Shown one piece after another: positions 37,284-50,200 of a DNA stretch of 64,000 nt. Every line of letters starts with the position of its first letter. Position 1 is the stretch's first letter. The position numbers and the translations under genes were made by a program. The notes beneath the pieces are model-generated. The model did no database searches and was not told where the DNA came from. It worked only from the letters and a program-made list of their open reading frames with translations. This DNA comes from Amoebophrya sp. A120 (Eukaryota > Protista > Dinoflagellata), in NCBI GenBank assembly GCA_905178155.1, contig CAJINV010000010.1:3802587-3866586 (forward strand). The letters are read 5' to 3'.

Positions 37284-37799
37284 ATGAAGGCGACGGCCGC
37301 GTCGAGGGCTTCGCGTGTGGGCAAGAAGAAGTCCTCGAAGGCGCGTGCGGAGAAAGCCAAGGCTTCGGTTGTCTCCGGGACCAGTACTTCCATCACGGCG
37401 AAGAAGAAAGCTGCGCAGGCACCTCAATCGGCGTTTGGAGGTCCGGCAGCCGAGCCTCAAAATGCTGCCGAAGCTGCCAAGGGTGCGGCGGGAGTCCGTA
37501 AGGCGGCGGCTAAGGCGGCGCCCGCAGTAGGGGCCGCAGTAGGGGCCGCTGCTATCGCTGCCGTTCCCGAGGCCGCGCCAGCGGTCCTCGAAGCTGCCGC
37601 TCCCGCCACAGCCGCAAGTCGCGAAGCAGCAGCTCTCGGAGCTTCCGCAGGTGATGCGTTTAACGAAGTCAAATGGTCGGCGCCCTTGGCCACAATTTAT
37701 TGGGTAATGGGCCATTTTTTTTTTGATTTTGGTGACTGGGCCGTTCCTGCTCTAAGCGCTGAGTGGAACTCTGCGCAGAAACTTCCTCTCTATAGATGA
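37284..37799 (+). CDS. Ala/Lys-rich hypothetical protein or exon
   Basis: GC-rich open frame MKATAASRASRVGKKKSSKARAEK...; low complexity; no family assigned. Confidence 0.4.
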   Translation: MKATAASRASRVGKKKSSKARAEKAKASVVSGTSTSITAKKKAAQAPQSAFGGPAAEPQNAAEAAKGAAGVRKAAAKAAPAVGAAVGAAAIAAVPEAAPAVLEAAAPATAASREAAALGASAGDAFNEVKWSAPLATIYWVMGHFFFDFGDWAVPALSAEWNSAQKLPLYR

Positions 37800-38844
37800 G
37801 AACCCTTTAGATGAGAACGATTGATTGATTCAGTTTTGCATCGCTAGCAACGTGTATCCTTCTCGTGCCTCTTGATCTTGACTAACCAAAATGCAAAAAC
37901 CAACCGATCTACGTAGTAAGTTAGCTGCCTATAATAATCATCTACCTGCTTGTGTGCGCCACGCCTTCGACCATCAAGAGATCAAGCTATGGTAGCATGA
38001 GAGACGAGAAAGCCAGCCACGCACGCTTATTTCCTGCTCATTGCGTTTCTACCTTCAATTTCTTTTCCAATCATTTGTTATCAGAAAAAGTCAAAGCTGT
38101 CATTCGCATTTTCAATCTTTTCATTGTGCTTTACGTTTACCTTCGCCACACACTGCGCATCTTTGTACTTCCTTTCTCCTTTAAAAAGCAAACAAAACCT
38201 CCGTCATAGCACTAGCTGTTGTTGTAGCTGTCGGAACTTCTCTGCACGAAAAATGTTACACGTAGAATTTTTACCATCATCATCAGCAAAGTTGTCCCCA
38301 ACTACTCGTGAAGAGGCGACGAATTTATTTGAGTTTGATTTAATATTAGATTTAGTAACAGCTCCACCTCCAACCTTCAAGGAAGTTACCAAGACAGTTA
38401 ATAGAGCGTTTTCTTAGAGAAATTATTACATCGCCCGCCTTATCCAGGCCCGTGGTCGTGCCACAAGGGAAGCCATTCTCTTCTGTGGGTAAGATGACCA
38501 AGAACCTCCCGACCCGTGGAGGCATGATCTACTTAAATAATATGAATCGTTCTCGCCTACCCAAAGAAGTAAGCAAACCTTAAATCTTACCCGAGCCTTA
38601 TCCAGGCTGCCGAGAAATAAAGTCGCAGCGCCAACAAGAACAATTTAAGTACATGCATTGGGCCGTGAGTCTGGTCATCAAGCAGGATTAGGAATAAATA
38701 AGGCGCTAATTAAGCGGCTCTCCTCAGTGGCAGTCCTCACAGTCTCACCAATAAATACTTCGTAGTTGTATTTGTAAAACGATTTTCATTTTTCACTCAG
38801 TGCCTTATCCAGGCTGGTCCCACGACATGTAGAGACAACATATT

Positions 38845-39128
38845 TATGCAATGCGAATGTGTCTGGGTGGCCTGGAAAGTTGCAAGATTTTGCATGCTCG
38901 GCTGAATGCAGTCGCAAGAAACAAACCATTACGCCCGTGAAGATGCAGGGCCATTTCTTTATCTCGCAAAAAATTGATTTGTCAGCGCGCTCTTTGTCGT
39001 TACGCTAGGCGTAATACGCCCTCAAAAATGGCCAGCGTGCGTGGCTCCATATTGGAACATGCTTGCCATCGAGTTATTTAATATCATTTGCAACTTTCCA
39101 GAAGACCCAGACGTATTTGCATTCGACA
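38845..39128. mobile_element. Degenerate family A introner outside recognised coding sequence
   Basis: TATGCAATGCGAATGTGTCTGGGT...ACCCAGACGTATTTGCATTCGACA; the terminal ATA is mutated and no TSD match remains. Confidence 0.7.
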
Positions 39129-41227
39129 CAGCAGCAAGCGCGACACGACGTCGGCCGATAGTCGACTACAATTCTAGTTCCTGCGAAGATGCGAAGTGGG
39201 AATCCACTTTGCTTCGGTAATCCTCTGTCCGGAAACGATGCGCACCGAGAGAAAAACAGGTACTGCATAGATTGATACAGTGCTGCTCTTCTAGCATTAG
39301 CGTGGATCATTTTGTGCCGTGGAGTTGTTATTCCCACTCCTGACTTTGTCGTTGCGAAGATGCACGAGAAAGAATCGTGCGGAAAACTATTGCAGAGCGC
39401 TGATATCTTCTTTTTGGACTGCTGATCTGCCAGGGCCAATGCGATCGACACAAGAAGACAATCCAATTGGAAGCGTTCTTACATGCGAAGTAACACTCTC
39501 TGCGAAGTTGGCAATGCATGGAAGGCATTTTTGTACTGTTGTACAGTACTAGCCCATCTGATTATTCACAAATCCGCGATGCACAGACGACAAGGCTCGC
39601 GTGGGCCTCTCGGGCCACATTTGTAAAATAAATGAAGAAACCAAGAAAAAACACTTGTACAGGTAATCATGACTCGCCGTGTTTCTCGACCAGGACTAAC
39701 GCAATCGACAGACGAAGCTTATCGAAGTACAGTAGAAACATCCTACTTTGCGAAGTTGGCAACGACTGGAAGGTATAATTTTTGTACTCTTGTTGGCTAG
39801 AAGCAGAAGGCTTTGCATATAAAATTGTCAAAACAAGAACTGCGTACTTACCGTGGTATGTTGTCAATGTGCAATACAGATGAAACTAGGGACGACCAGC
39901 ACACTGGGGCTTTTGTGGTGCATGAACAAACTGAAGCGACTTTATATAAAACACCGTCACAGGTAACGTCTCACGGGGCCTGTTTTACTCTGCTCCTGCT
40001 ACCATCAACAGCGTAAGAAGCTTCTGGAGAAGAAGTCAGGCAGGTTCAGGTATTGTGCCGTGAGTCTGGTCGTCAAGCAGGATTAGGAATAAATAAGGGA
40101 CACACGACAATTCTTATACGCAGCTCTAGTTTAATATTCCCTACACTGCACGAGGAGGATTAAGATGAATCAGCCAGGATATAGTAGTGCGCGAAATTTT
40201 GTTTTTGTTGGACGTGGACCTGTGCGACGCGACTTCTTTTAAGTTTTTCCCGGGGAAGATCATACATAAAGCAGCAAAGTGCGGCGCCTTTGTTGTTTGC
40301 TGTTCTTATACGTCGAACAGCAAGCCCCCTGTACGTTGTTCCTGGAGGAAGATGCTATTTTGATGTTCGTGTGAAATGTTGCGACTTTTCATCTCTGGAA
40401 TGTGGACTATGTGTTTGCCACAACTTGAAGATCACATTCATCGTGAGGAACGTGACTGCAACGTCTTGTGCCATAATCTAAACCCGCAGCTCAGGTGTGG
40501 CAATCTCAAGATCTTGTGACGGCTAAAGTCGCGGCGATTTTGTCCCGCATCAAGAGCAGTATCAGGAACTATATCAACATGCGCCGCCCCGGTCGTCCTT
40601 TCGTAGTAAGTACGAATGATTTCACTGGAATAAGTACAGGTTGTATAAAAAAAAATCGCTTTCGCCATTCGTGATGAACTCGTCTATTTCGAACCTCGTT
40701 TTGATGTCGATTATCCAGCGTGGAAAACAAAAACTATTCGTCGCACTCGTCGTGGGAGCAAGGAGAAACAAAAGAAGATCCGCACTACATCGCTCTTCAA
40801 CTACGTCGACTTCTGCGATACATCAAGGTCCTTTTACACCTTTGTCGTTGGTACACTGAGTTGTAGATAATTCTCGGGTCGCAGCCATTTCTCGGTGTAC
40901 TTAAGTTAGTACAAATGGGCTCGTCCGCGAGCATCCAACCGCTATGGAGAAAGGACCAAGGCCATGTAAACTTGTTTATCGAAACTAAAAAAAGCGTTAG
41001 AAATTAGGGTAGCGCTTGTTCGTGGTTTATTTCTATCGCTTCAAAAAATTAAAATTTTCAATGACAATAGATAGGTTCTGTTCTTGAATTGACCGGCTTC
41101 ATTTGCTGTTGATCGAGTTTTGTTCCTGATGAAATCAGCTCTTGATTCTCTGCCACAACTAGAGGTTTGAAGAAATAACGAAATAAAGGCTATAAAGCTT
41201 GCTCAACCGCCAAAGTGATCGCCAAAC

Positions 41228-44200
41228 ATGGCTGCCAGCATCCCTCTCCCCGAGTTCGTGCAGGCGATGTCCAACGCAACAGCAATTTCCCCGGATCAGC
41301 TCCGCGGGAATGGTGGTGGTGCAAGTGGTAGTACGGCCAACTTCGCCCCCTCGACTTTATCCAGGAAAAAACTGTAATTAGTGTGGGTGTCTTGAAGTGC
41401 TGACAGCATGACAAACTTGCTCCGCACTACTACAGAGAGACGAAAGCTTGTCATGCAAAGCTAGTACGTGAAAACACACATGAGAAGAGGAGTTCATGGG
41501 TGTCTGGCATGGCAAGTGTAACTCTTTTGCATTTTCTGCATGACAGACTTACACTTACACACTTTTTTGCCTGCATACAGCTCCTCCCGCCCTCTCGACA
41601 GTCGCGGCAGCATGCGGGCCATTATCGTAGAGAAAAACCACCCCTCCCCGTATCGAAAAGGAAATTAGTGATGCTGATTTGTGGCCACAAATCAGCTTGG
41701 TCTTGCGTACAAGGCAAACGGCACGCATGTGGGCGCATTGTGCAGCGAGTCTGTCATGCGTTTTCGCCTATGTCGGACGTGTTTCTCATGCTCAAGCGGG
41801 ATGCGTACCCAAATCGGCTTAGAATGAATGCGCCGACAAGCAGCTCTTGCTGCAATACAAAGCTCATTTGTATGCACAAATCCAGCAACACAAGTCGCCT
41901 TTTGAATAGGTGGTCGTGGGGGCTTTTTTCACTTTGGTAGCCATGTATCCGGCCAGCGCGAACTTGTACGAAGGCGGGGTGAATAACGAGCTGTCTCTAT
42001 TACAGTGAAAAGTGCCCCCCACCCCTGAACATGCAAAAATTTTTGATGCGAACTTGCCAAATGAAAACTTTTTGTCATGCATGAAAGGAGTATGAATCTT
42101 TATATTTCTGGTGCACGTGCAGAGTCTAGGCGTGTATCGCACCGCTCGCATGACGAGCGCCTCTCTTGCTGGGGTCTTTTGCAACACAAATTTTTGCTAT
42201 TCACGATTGGAAACCTGTGATGCTGATAGATGCAAGAGAGCGAATGTTTCATGATTTGGAAAGGTTTGCAATACAAATGCTCCCAAGTTGGGGGGTGGGG
42301 GCATTTTTCATTGTAATAGTCTCCGCGGATGCGGGGCCGGAAAAAAGTGGTGAAAAACGAGCGGGACTTACATGTTGACAGAGGCGGAGAAGCAGCTGCC
42401 GAAAGCAGCAACGGTAAATCGCTATCAAATGCAAAAATGTCTGGGTCTGGGAGATTCCGAGATTTGTCATGCAGTTTTTTCAAGCTCCGCCTCGTCTGGA
42501 ATGCAGGACCTAGCATCACAGGCTCTGCAGCTCCTTGGTGATGCGTATTCTGCATGAGAAATGCCCTCTCAGCATGGCCAGATGTGGGCACCTTTTGCAC
42601 GTTCTGCATCACAGATCTTTGTAGGATCCGAAACACGCATCACAAGTTTGGATCCTTCCAGACCCAGACATTTTTGCAATGCATAATCGCAAGACGCGTT
42701 TCATTCAAAGCGGAAAACGAACAAGTCCTTCTATATGGATGTGTCAGGATCGAAATCGACAAAGTCGAAAAATTTGTGATGCATAAAATGTAGGGCACTG
42801 AAGGCCTGTATTGGGGAGCAGGCAAATGAGACCGATTGTGAGCCTGTTTAGAGGTATACAATGTGCTGCCAGAGTAGCATTACAGGAGGAGTGTTTTTTG
42901 CCCAAACAGCATGACAGACTGGATTTGGGTACTCCCGAAATTTGTCATGCGCCACTTGGAACCTGAGGCTCCAACTGACAGCGGTTCTGTGCATCACAAG
43001 TTTTTCGAAATTGTCAATTTCGATTCTGACACTTCCATATTCTACCCCTCTCCGTTAAAATCCCTGGCGGAAAGGAAACCCAGCTTGTTTATCGCGAGAA
43101 GCAGCGTAGAACAAGTGAATTCGAAAATAAAGCTGAACCAAAGTAGTACAACTCCCTCCCCTATGAATTGCAATAGTATCGTGCTCGTACATAATGCATT
43201 ACAAATTTTCTCAGCATGAGAAATAAAATCTGTAATGCGGATTTACCTTAAGAAAAAGATTTGTAATGCATGATAGCAATTGCTACGAGTGCGATACTTT
43301 TGCACAGGATATCCCCGGGAAAAAGGGGGAGGACAACCACAAGAAATAGTTTCGGGGAAGACGTTATCAACTGTAAAAATGTCTGGGTCTGGAAAAGTGC
43401 GCGATTTGTCATGCTGCTTTTCCATGACCCATGAGGTCTGGAATGCAGGACCTAGCATGACAGATTCTGCGAGACCTTTCTAATGCCTATCCTGCGTGAG
43501 AAACTACCTCCCGACATGGTCAAAACTGGACGACTTTTGGTAATCATGCAACACAGATTTTTGCATGCTACAGATTTAGCATGACAAGTTGCAATCTTCC
43601 AGACCCAGACATTTTTACATTTGATAGACGTTATGATGAACAAAAGTCAGAGTCAGCTGTTCGGCGGGGCGTCGACGCTTTCGCCGCAAAGGAGTATGAC
43701 TATCAAAAGGAAAAATCCCCCCTCCCCATATCAAAACGGAAATCTGTGATGCAGATTTGTGGCCACAAATCAGCTTCGTGATGCTAGAAGGCAAAAGATG
43801 CGGACTGTAGTGCTACCTAGCGTGGAAAAGTATTGCATCTCCAGCATGACACGAGGCAACTGGAAGTGGGAAACAGCATGACAAATTGCCTGCAATTCAG
43901 GCCGCGGCTGCGTCTCTTGGCCTTCTAGCAATACAAGTCGATTTGTGTACTCAAATACAGCATCACAAATTTCGTTTTTGATATGGGGAGGGGGGATTTT
44001 TCTTTTTGATAATGACCATGAGCAGTTTGCTGAGCGGAGCAGGTACTAACATGATGAACCACGGAGATCATGATGACTTTTCCCTGTCCCCGCGCGGCCA
44101 CACCGGACGGGGTAGGGACAGCACGACATTGAACCGACAGTCGACTATGACCAGCACGTTCGGGTCTCCCGGGATGAGTAGTCTTTCCCTGTTCGGTAAC

Positions 44201-47200
44201 AGTCCCCGGAACCAGTCGGTGTCGCCAAGAGCTTATGAACAACTGCAAAAGTATCGTACTCGTAGTCGTATAAATGCATTACAAATTTCCTCAGCATGAG
44301 AAATAAAATTTGTAATGCGGATTTACCTCAAAAAAAGATTTGTAATGCATGACTGCAATACGAGTTCGAGTGCGATACTTTTGCACAGGATAGAACTTCC
44401 GCGGTGCGAATGCGGGGCGGGTTCAGTGACGAAATGACGGCGATTATTCCGAGTAAAAACATCTTCACACCAGAGTTGTCATGCAAATCTGCCTGCCAAA
44501 AATGTTTCTCGTGCGGAGCCCCATGCGAAGTATTTCCCCGTCGTGTTTTGGGGTTTGTGATGCTCAAACCAGCATGATATGCTAGATCTGCGATGCTGTT
44601 GGAGCTAGCTAAACAGGATTACACTAGTACGGGGCCAAATTTGTCATGCGAAACAACCAAAGCTGGTTGATTTGTCTAGCAGATTTTCCATCTTGACTCT
44701 GGTGTGGGCATGTTTTTACATAGGATAGCAATGGACGCGGGGTGTCAGTATTTGCTAAACCAGGACGCAATGAATAACAAGGCCACTGGGACAGGAGAAG
44801 GACCCTCCGGGGGAGATCAGAACGCCGCGAATTCCGGTTTTGGGAACAAGCAAATCAACGCGGAAGACGTGTTCCACGAAGCGAACATGCTGGCGAATCG
44901 GTTATATCCTGCGCAAAAGTATCCTAGTCGTAGTAGTTGCATTTATGCATTACAAATCTCTGTCTCAAGGCAAATCAGCATTACAAATTGAATTTGTAAT
45001 GCTGGGCTAACTTGTAATGCAATTCATACTAGTACGGTGCTTTTGCATTCCACCGGTTAGCGGAGTTGGAAACAGCGGCGGCGCAATTGAAGCACAACTT
45101 AACAGTATCCTGAGTAAAAACGTACCCACACCAGAGTTGTAATGCAAATCTGCATGCCAAAAGAGTTTCTCATGCTGAGCCCCATGAAAGGCATTTTCTA
45201 GTCGTGTTTTGGGATTTGTGATGCTATAATCAGCATGATATGCTAGGCCTGTGATGCTGCTGAACTACCTAAACAGGATTACAGTACAAGGACAAACTTG
45301 TCATGCGAAACAGCCAAAGCTGGTTGATTTGTCTAGCAGATTTACCATCTTGACTCTGGTGTGGGTACGTTTTTACTCAGGATAAACAGCCTTCGATCCG
45401 CTGGGGAAGCGGGGCGGGGGAGCGGACGCATCGGGGAAGGGGACCAAGAGGAAGGGGTCAATGTTGAGTTCCGGGGGCACCGTGGGGGAATTGGACGCTG
45501 CGGGGGACCAGAAGTCGAAAAACGCGGCGTTTGGGTTGAAGAGGGACGTCAAGTTGCCCCCCTTGCAGTTGAAGAACATTTGTCCGCCGGAATTTGTGCA
45601 GGAGCTGAACATATCAACTGCAAAAATGTCTGGGTCTGGAAGAATCCGAACTTGTGATGCTGTCTCTGGATTCTGAAAAAAATTGTATTGCATGACCAGC
45701 AAGAGGGTTCCAGTTTGTGCTACGCGGAGAGGGCATTTCTCATGCGGAAGGTGCATCAGAAAGGGTTCTAAAAATCTGTAATGCTAGGGCATACATCACA
45801 GACTATCATGGGTCATGAGAAATATGCATGACAAATCTCGCATTCTTCTAGACCCAGACATTTTTGCATTTGATAGAACAAAACGAGACAATCGGCGAAC
45901 TTGATCCAGAAAAACATCGACTTATTTATAATCCGCTCAGGTGTTGTTCCAATCTCAAACGTTACAATAGAATATGGAAATCTGTGATGCAAAAGTGCAT
46001 GATCTAGCCAATTCCAACTCTCATAGGGCTGCGCATGAGAAGTTCCGGAGCCCCAAACCCCACTACAATCTGGCGAAATTTGTATTGGAGAAAGTGAAAT
46101 GCTGTCCGAGTCTGTCATGCTCATCATGCAATACAAAACCCAGACTCTATTGCAACGTTTGAGATTGTAACACCTGAGCCGGTTATATTATTCAAATCCG
46201 AGGACTGTCCGCGGCCGCAAACCCGGCAGAAACAGTTGCATATGGAACCAAAAAAGTTCGTCACGATCACCCATGTTTGCATGGGTAAAGTTGCATGTTG
46301 ATCACAGTCTAATTTCTCTCTTGTAGTTGTGCAATACATGTGAAGAAAAGATTTCTCATGCAAAAACTGCAAGGCAATGTCAATGACTATGACGAACTTT
46401 TTTCACGCGATATTGCAGGATAAAGCGGTAAGGAGGAAGTCAAAGTTGATCGCAACTCGGGCATATGAAGTGCAAATATGTCTGGGTCTGGAAGATTGTA
46501 AACCTGTGATGCTGTGTTTGGATTCTAACAAAGTCTGTATTGCATGAGCAGCAAATAAAGAAGTCCAACTCCTGCTACGCGAAGAGGGCATTTGTAATGC
46601 GGGATAGGCATCGAGTTCGAGACGGCCTCAAAAAATCTGTGATGGTAGGGCGTACATCACAGATCGATCGTGGCTGATGCGAAACGTGCATGACAAGTGG
46701 CATCCTGCCAGACCCAGACATATTTGCAATGCATAGGGCACGGAAAATTCAACTGTTGAGTTCGGAGTACACAAGGACGTTGCGGTTGTATGAAGAAACT
46801 TTACGACGAGCTCTGCAAGCGGAGGAGCGGAAAAAGTCCCCGCGGTATCATATGTAAAAACGTTCCCACCCCATTGTCAAGTTGGGAACTTAGCAACACA
46901 AGTCCAGAAAGATCGGGACCGCGCATGACAAGTTGCAGGCCGTAGTGTAGTCGTGCATGGTACTTAGTAAGGACAACCGCATTACAAATCCATCTGCTTA
47001 TCCTGTTTGCAGCATTACAAATTCCAAAACACGACTGGCAATACCTCTCACGGACGAGATCATGCGCATTACAAATCTTCCTGTAATCGCAAATCTGCAT
47101 GACAACTCGGGGGTGGGGATATTTTTACTCAGGATACGCGGCGGGATTTGTACAGTGCTGCAGCCATGTCGCAGATGACCATGAGCAGCATGAGTCCGAG

Positions 47201-50200
47201 AATCAGCACCCGGGGCGGGCCGGGCAGCACGAGAGGGAGCCACTATCAACTGTAAAAATGTCTGGGTCTGGAAGAATCCAACTTGTCATGCGATTTTGGA
47301 TTCTAAAAAAATCTGTATTGCATGAGCAGCAAAGAGAGTCCAAATTTTGCAGCACGGAAAGAGCATATGTCATGCGGAATAGGCATCAGGAAGCCCTCTA
47401 AAAATCTGTGATGCTAGGGCATGCGTCACAGACTTGAGGAGTCACGCAAAATGTGCATGACACACCCGGCAATCTTCCAGACCCAGACATTTTTGCATTT
47501 GATAGCCACCAGATTTCCACGATCACCGCCGGTGGGCACAGTATCAAATGCAAAAATGTCTGGGTCTGGATGGTTGTAGCTTGTAATGCTGTTTTTGAAT
47601 TCTACAAATAATTTGTATTGCATGACCAGCAAAAGCAACAGGAGTCCAGTTAGTTTGTTCTACGCGGGGATGGCATTTCTCATGCGGAATAGGCAACATC
47701 AGGAAGGGTTCTAAAAATCTGTGAAGATGCTAGGTCATGCATCACAGACAATCACGGGTCATGCAGAATATGCATGACAAGCCGGGCAATCTTCCAGACC
47801 CCGACATTTTTGCATTTGATACGCGGCGAATTCGACCAATTTCCGCCCACGCCAAGCGGGAAAGCGAAAGTGTCGGGCATTGGGAAACTGGGGGTGGATC
47901 CGAGGGGGCAGGGGATGCATTTTATCAAATTCTCTATGGATTGTAAAAATGTCTGGGTCTGGAAACTTGTGATGCACGAAGTGGATGATAGCCGGACTGC
48001 AATACGCAGCCCAGCATGACATTTTTTTTGGCTGCAATGTCTTACGTATTCCGCATGGCAAACTGCGTTTTTGCATGACAGGTAAGAGGGCCTTTTCGTG
48101 CCTAGGCAACACAGATTCTCGAGTCATGCCAGACAAGCATGACAAACTTACATTCTTCCAGACCCAGACATTTTTGCATTTGATATTCTCCGACGAAAAT
48201 CAAATGCTGTGCGGGTGGATGAGGTAAGATGAAGTAAAAAGTACTTACTTGCTCTCTTGATGCGGCGCTGCTCTTTATAAATTAGTTGTAGTTCTAGTTG
48301 TGCTGCTGCTCTGTATGGCACGCGTCGTCCTTTGTCGTGCGTATACCACATGATGACAACATCGCAATATCCTGAGTAAAAACGTACCCACACCAGAGTC
48401 AGGATGGGGATTTTGCAACACAAACCTAGGAGTTTTGTGAGTCACGCATGACAAGTCGCACTCTGCAGTGTAGTGCAGGTTAGCAAGTGCAGCCGCATCA
48501 CAGATTCATCTGCTCATCCTGTTCACAGCATCACAAATTCCGAAACACGATTGGAAATGGCTCTCATGCGGATGCGCATTACAAGTCTTCCTGTCTTTGC
48601 AAATCTGCATTACAACTCTGGCGTGGGTACGTTTTTACTCAGGATAGCAACTCAGGATCGTCGCCGCGACAAACGCTTTAACCGAACTGACCAACGCGGT
48701 GAAGTACAAGAAGGAACGACAGCGGCAACGCCTGTTAGACCTCGCGAAAAAAGTGGACCCCCGCGTGTGGATCATGATGCAAATCAAGGGCCGGGTGCTG
48801 CTGAAGCGAAGGAAAGCCACGATCTGCGCACAGGCGCTGCGGGCGTGGAAACCCTGGCGCTTTTTGTGGTTTATCCTGTGCAAAAGCATCGCGCTCGTAG
48901 GTACTAATCGCACTTTCTGCAAGACATTTTTCTTTTTTCAAAGCTGAATCAGCATAACAGACGCATTCCATTCCATTTGTCATGCTGAGCTAAATTTGTA
49001 TTGCAATAGACTACGAGTGCGATATGTTTGCATCTCATATGGTTTTCGACGCACCGGTTTCTGGGGAGTTGTGTGAAGATCCAACATATCAAATGCAAAC
49101 ATATCTGGGTCTGGAAAGTTGTAATGGTAAAAGTGAATGATAGCTGCAATGCACTATTCAGCCGAGCATGACAAATTGTTGAGCTGCTACGTGTTGCGTA
49201 TCTCGCATGGCAAACTGCATTTTTGCATGACAGGTAAGAGGGTCTTTTTGTGATTATGCGTCACAGATTCGTGCGTCATGTCAGACATGCATGACAAATG
49301 CCAGAATCTTCCAGACCCAGATCGATATTTGCATTTGATCCACCAGTGGTGGCGGGTGAACTTCGCGTGGCACGAGAAGGCGTTCAAGCAGGTGTCTATC
49401 CAAGAAAAAAACGTTGTTAGTGCAAATTTGTGATGCGCAACATGCAAGATGATTGCGTCTGTCATGCTTGGCATGCGTCGCAGTGTCCATGAAAGGGCGT
49501 TTTCGCGTACTATCTGCGCATCACAGGTTTTTGCTGTCATGCGAGAGATATTTGTCATGCTGATCCTCCAAAAAAGGTGCACCTACAATGTTTTTTTCTT
49601 GCATAGTGTCGAAGCGGTTTCTAGTGTGGGAGAAGAAGTTTCTGGCGGAAAAAATCCGGCAGCAGGAATATGCCGCGAGGAAAGCGGATCAGCAGCGCGG
49701 GGGGTCCAAGGGGAGGGGAAACAAAACGGACCAAATCGCGGAAATGATGGCAAAAGCGGAAGCCAAGGCAAGAGCCAGCATGAGCATGGACGAGAAGACG
49801 GCGGTATAAGTAATGAAGTTTTTGAGCTTTTGTAACTTGCACCTGCTAAGCGTAANCGCAAACCCGGCAGAAACAGTTGCATATGGAACCAAAAAAGTTC
49901 GTCACGATCACCCATGTTTGCATGGGTAAAGTTGCATGTTGATCACAGTCTAATTTCTCTCTTGTAGTTGTGCAATACATGTGAAGAAAAGATTTCTCAT
50001 GCAAAAACTGCAAGGCAATGTCAATGACTATGACGAACTTTTTTCACGCGATATTGCAGGATAAAGCGGTAAGGAGGAAGTCAAAGTTGATCGCAACTCG
50101 GGCATATGAAGTGCAAATATGTCTGGGTCTGGAAGATTGTAAACCTGTGATGCTGTGTTTGGATTCTAACAAAGTCTGTATTGCATGAGCAGCAAATAAA

